DNA of 63,753 bases, counting the filler, from Octopus bimaculoides (Eukaryota): NCBI RefSeq assembly GCF_001194135.2. It is 5 parts of 5 records of this genome, joined end to end, with 100 filler letters (N's around TTAATTAATTAA, not from the genome) between each part and the next. Parts side by side here need not be neighbours in the genome. Positions count along the whole stretch, not along the records: positions 55,556 to 63,753 come from NC_068988.1; 4 more parts are not named here. One strand, written 5' to 3'. Below the pieces are notes generated by a model that did not search any database, was not told the origin of the DNA, and saw only the letters and a list, made by a program, of their open reading frames with translations. The position numbers and the translations under genes were made by a program. Position 1 is the stretch's first letter; each line of letters opens with the position of its first letter. Positions 63,603-63,753 of this stretch are shown here, piece after piece.

Positions 63603-63753
63603 ATCATCATCATCATCATCATCGTTTAACGTCCGCTTTCCATGCTAGCATGGGTTGGACGATTTGACTGAGGACTGGTGAAACCGGATGGCAACACCAG
63701 GTTCCAGTCTAATTTGGCAGAGTTTCTACAGCTGGATGCCCTTTCTAACGCCA
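63603..63753 (-). mobile_element. 3' end of an RTE-tailed SINE/LINE with a (GAT)n tail
   Basis: Reverse complement ...CGTCCAACCCATGCTAGCATGGAAAGCGGACGTTAAACGATGATGATG. Diverged copy at ~61040-61250 and tail remnant at ~61806-61855 (+). Confidence 0.65.

Overview
Eukaryotic, AT-rich, microsatellite-saturated draft-assembly window with many N gaps. Repeat content suggests a coleoid cephalopod, Octopus-like (inference). I found no complete protein-coding gene, no prokaryotic features and no CRISPR array. Nearly all long ORFs in the supplied track are translations of microsatellites or N runs. The window is mostly a mosaic of: (i) tRNA-headed SINEs of 3-4 modular families; (ii) decayed LINEs (R4/Dong-like with restriction-like endonuclease, CR1-like RT, and an L1/Tx1-like plus RTE-like chimera); (iii) Tc1/mariner elements, including a full-length D34D mariner, maT/DD37D-like relics and a MITE; (iv) Helitron pieces. 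The most notable signal is a hammerhead-ribozyme (HHR) system. A type I HHR with a fully canonical core lies on the minus strand at 4004-4071. Two degenerate HHR cores follow on the same strand in a ~340-bp tandem duplication, an arrangement like a retrozyme or Penelope element. Further HHR relics occur at 8687-8724 and 63250-63364. Also notable are a nested 274-bp fold-back at 61246-61519, a 123-bp palindrome at 59609-59731, and an inverted duplicated exon-like segment with a kinase-subdomain-XI-like motif. Several orphan plus-strand exon candidates are low confidence.
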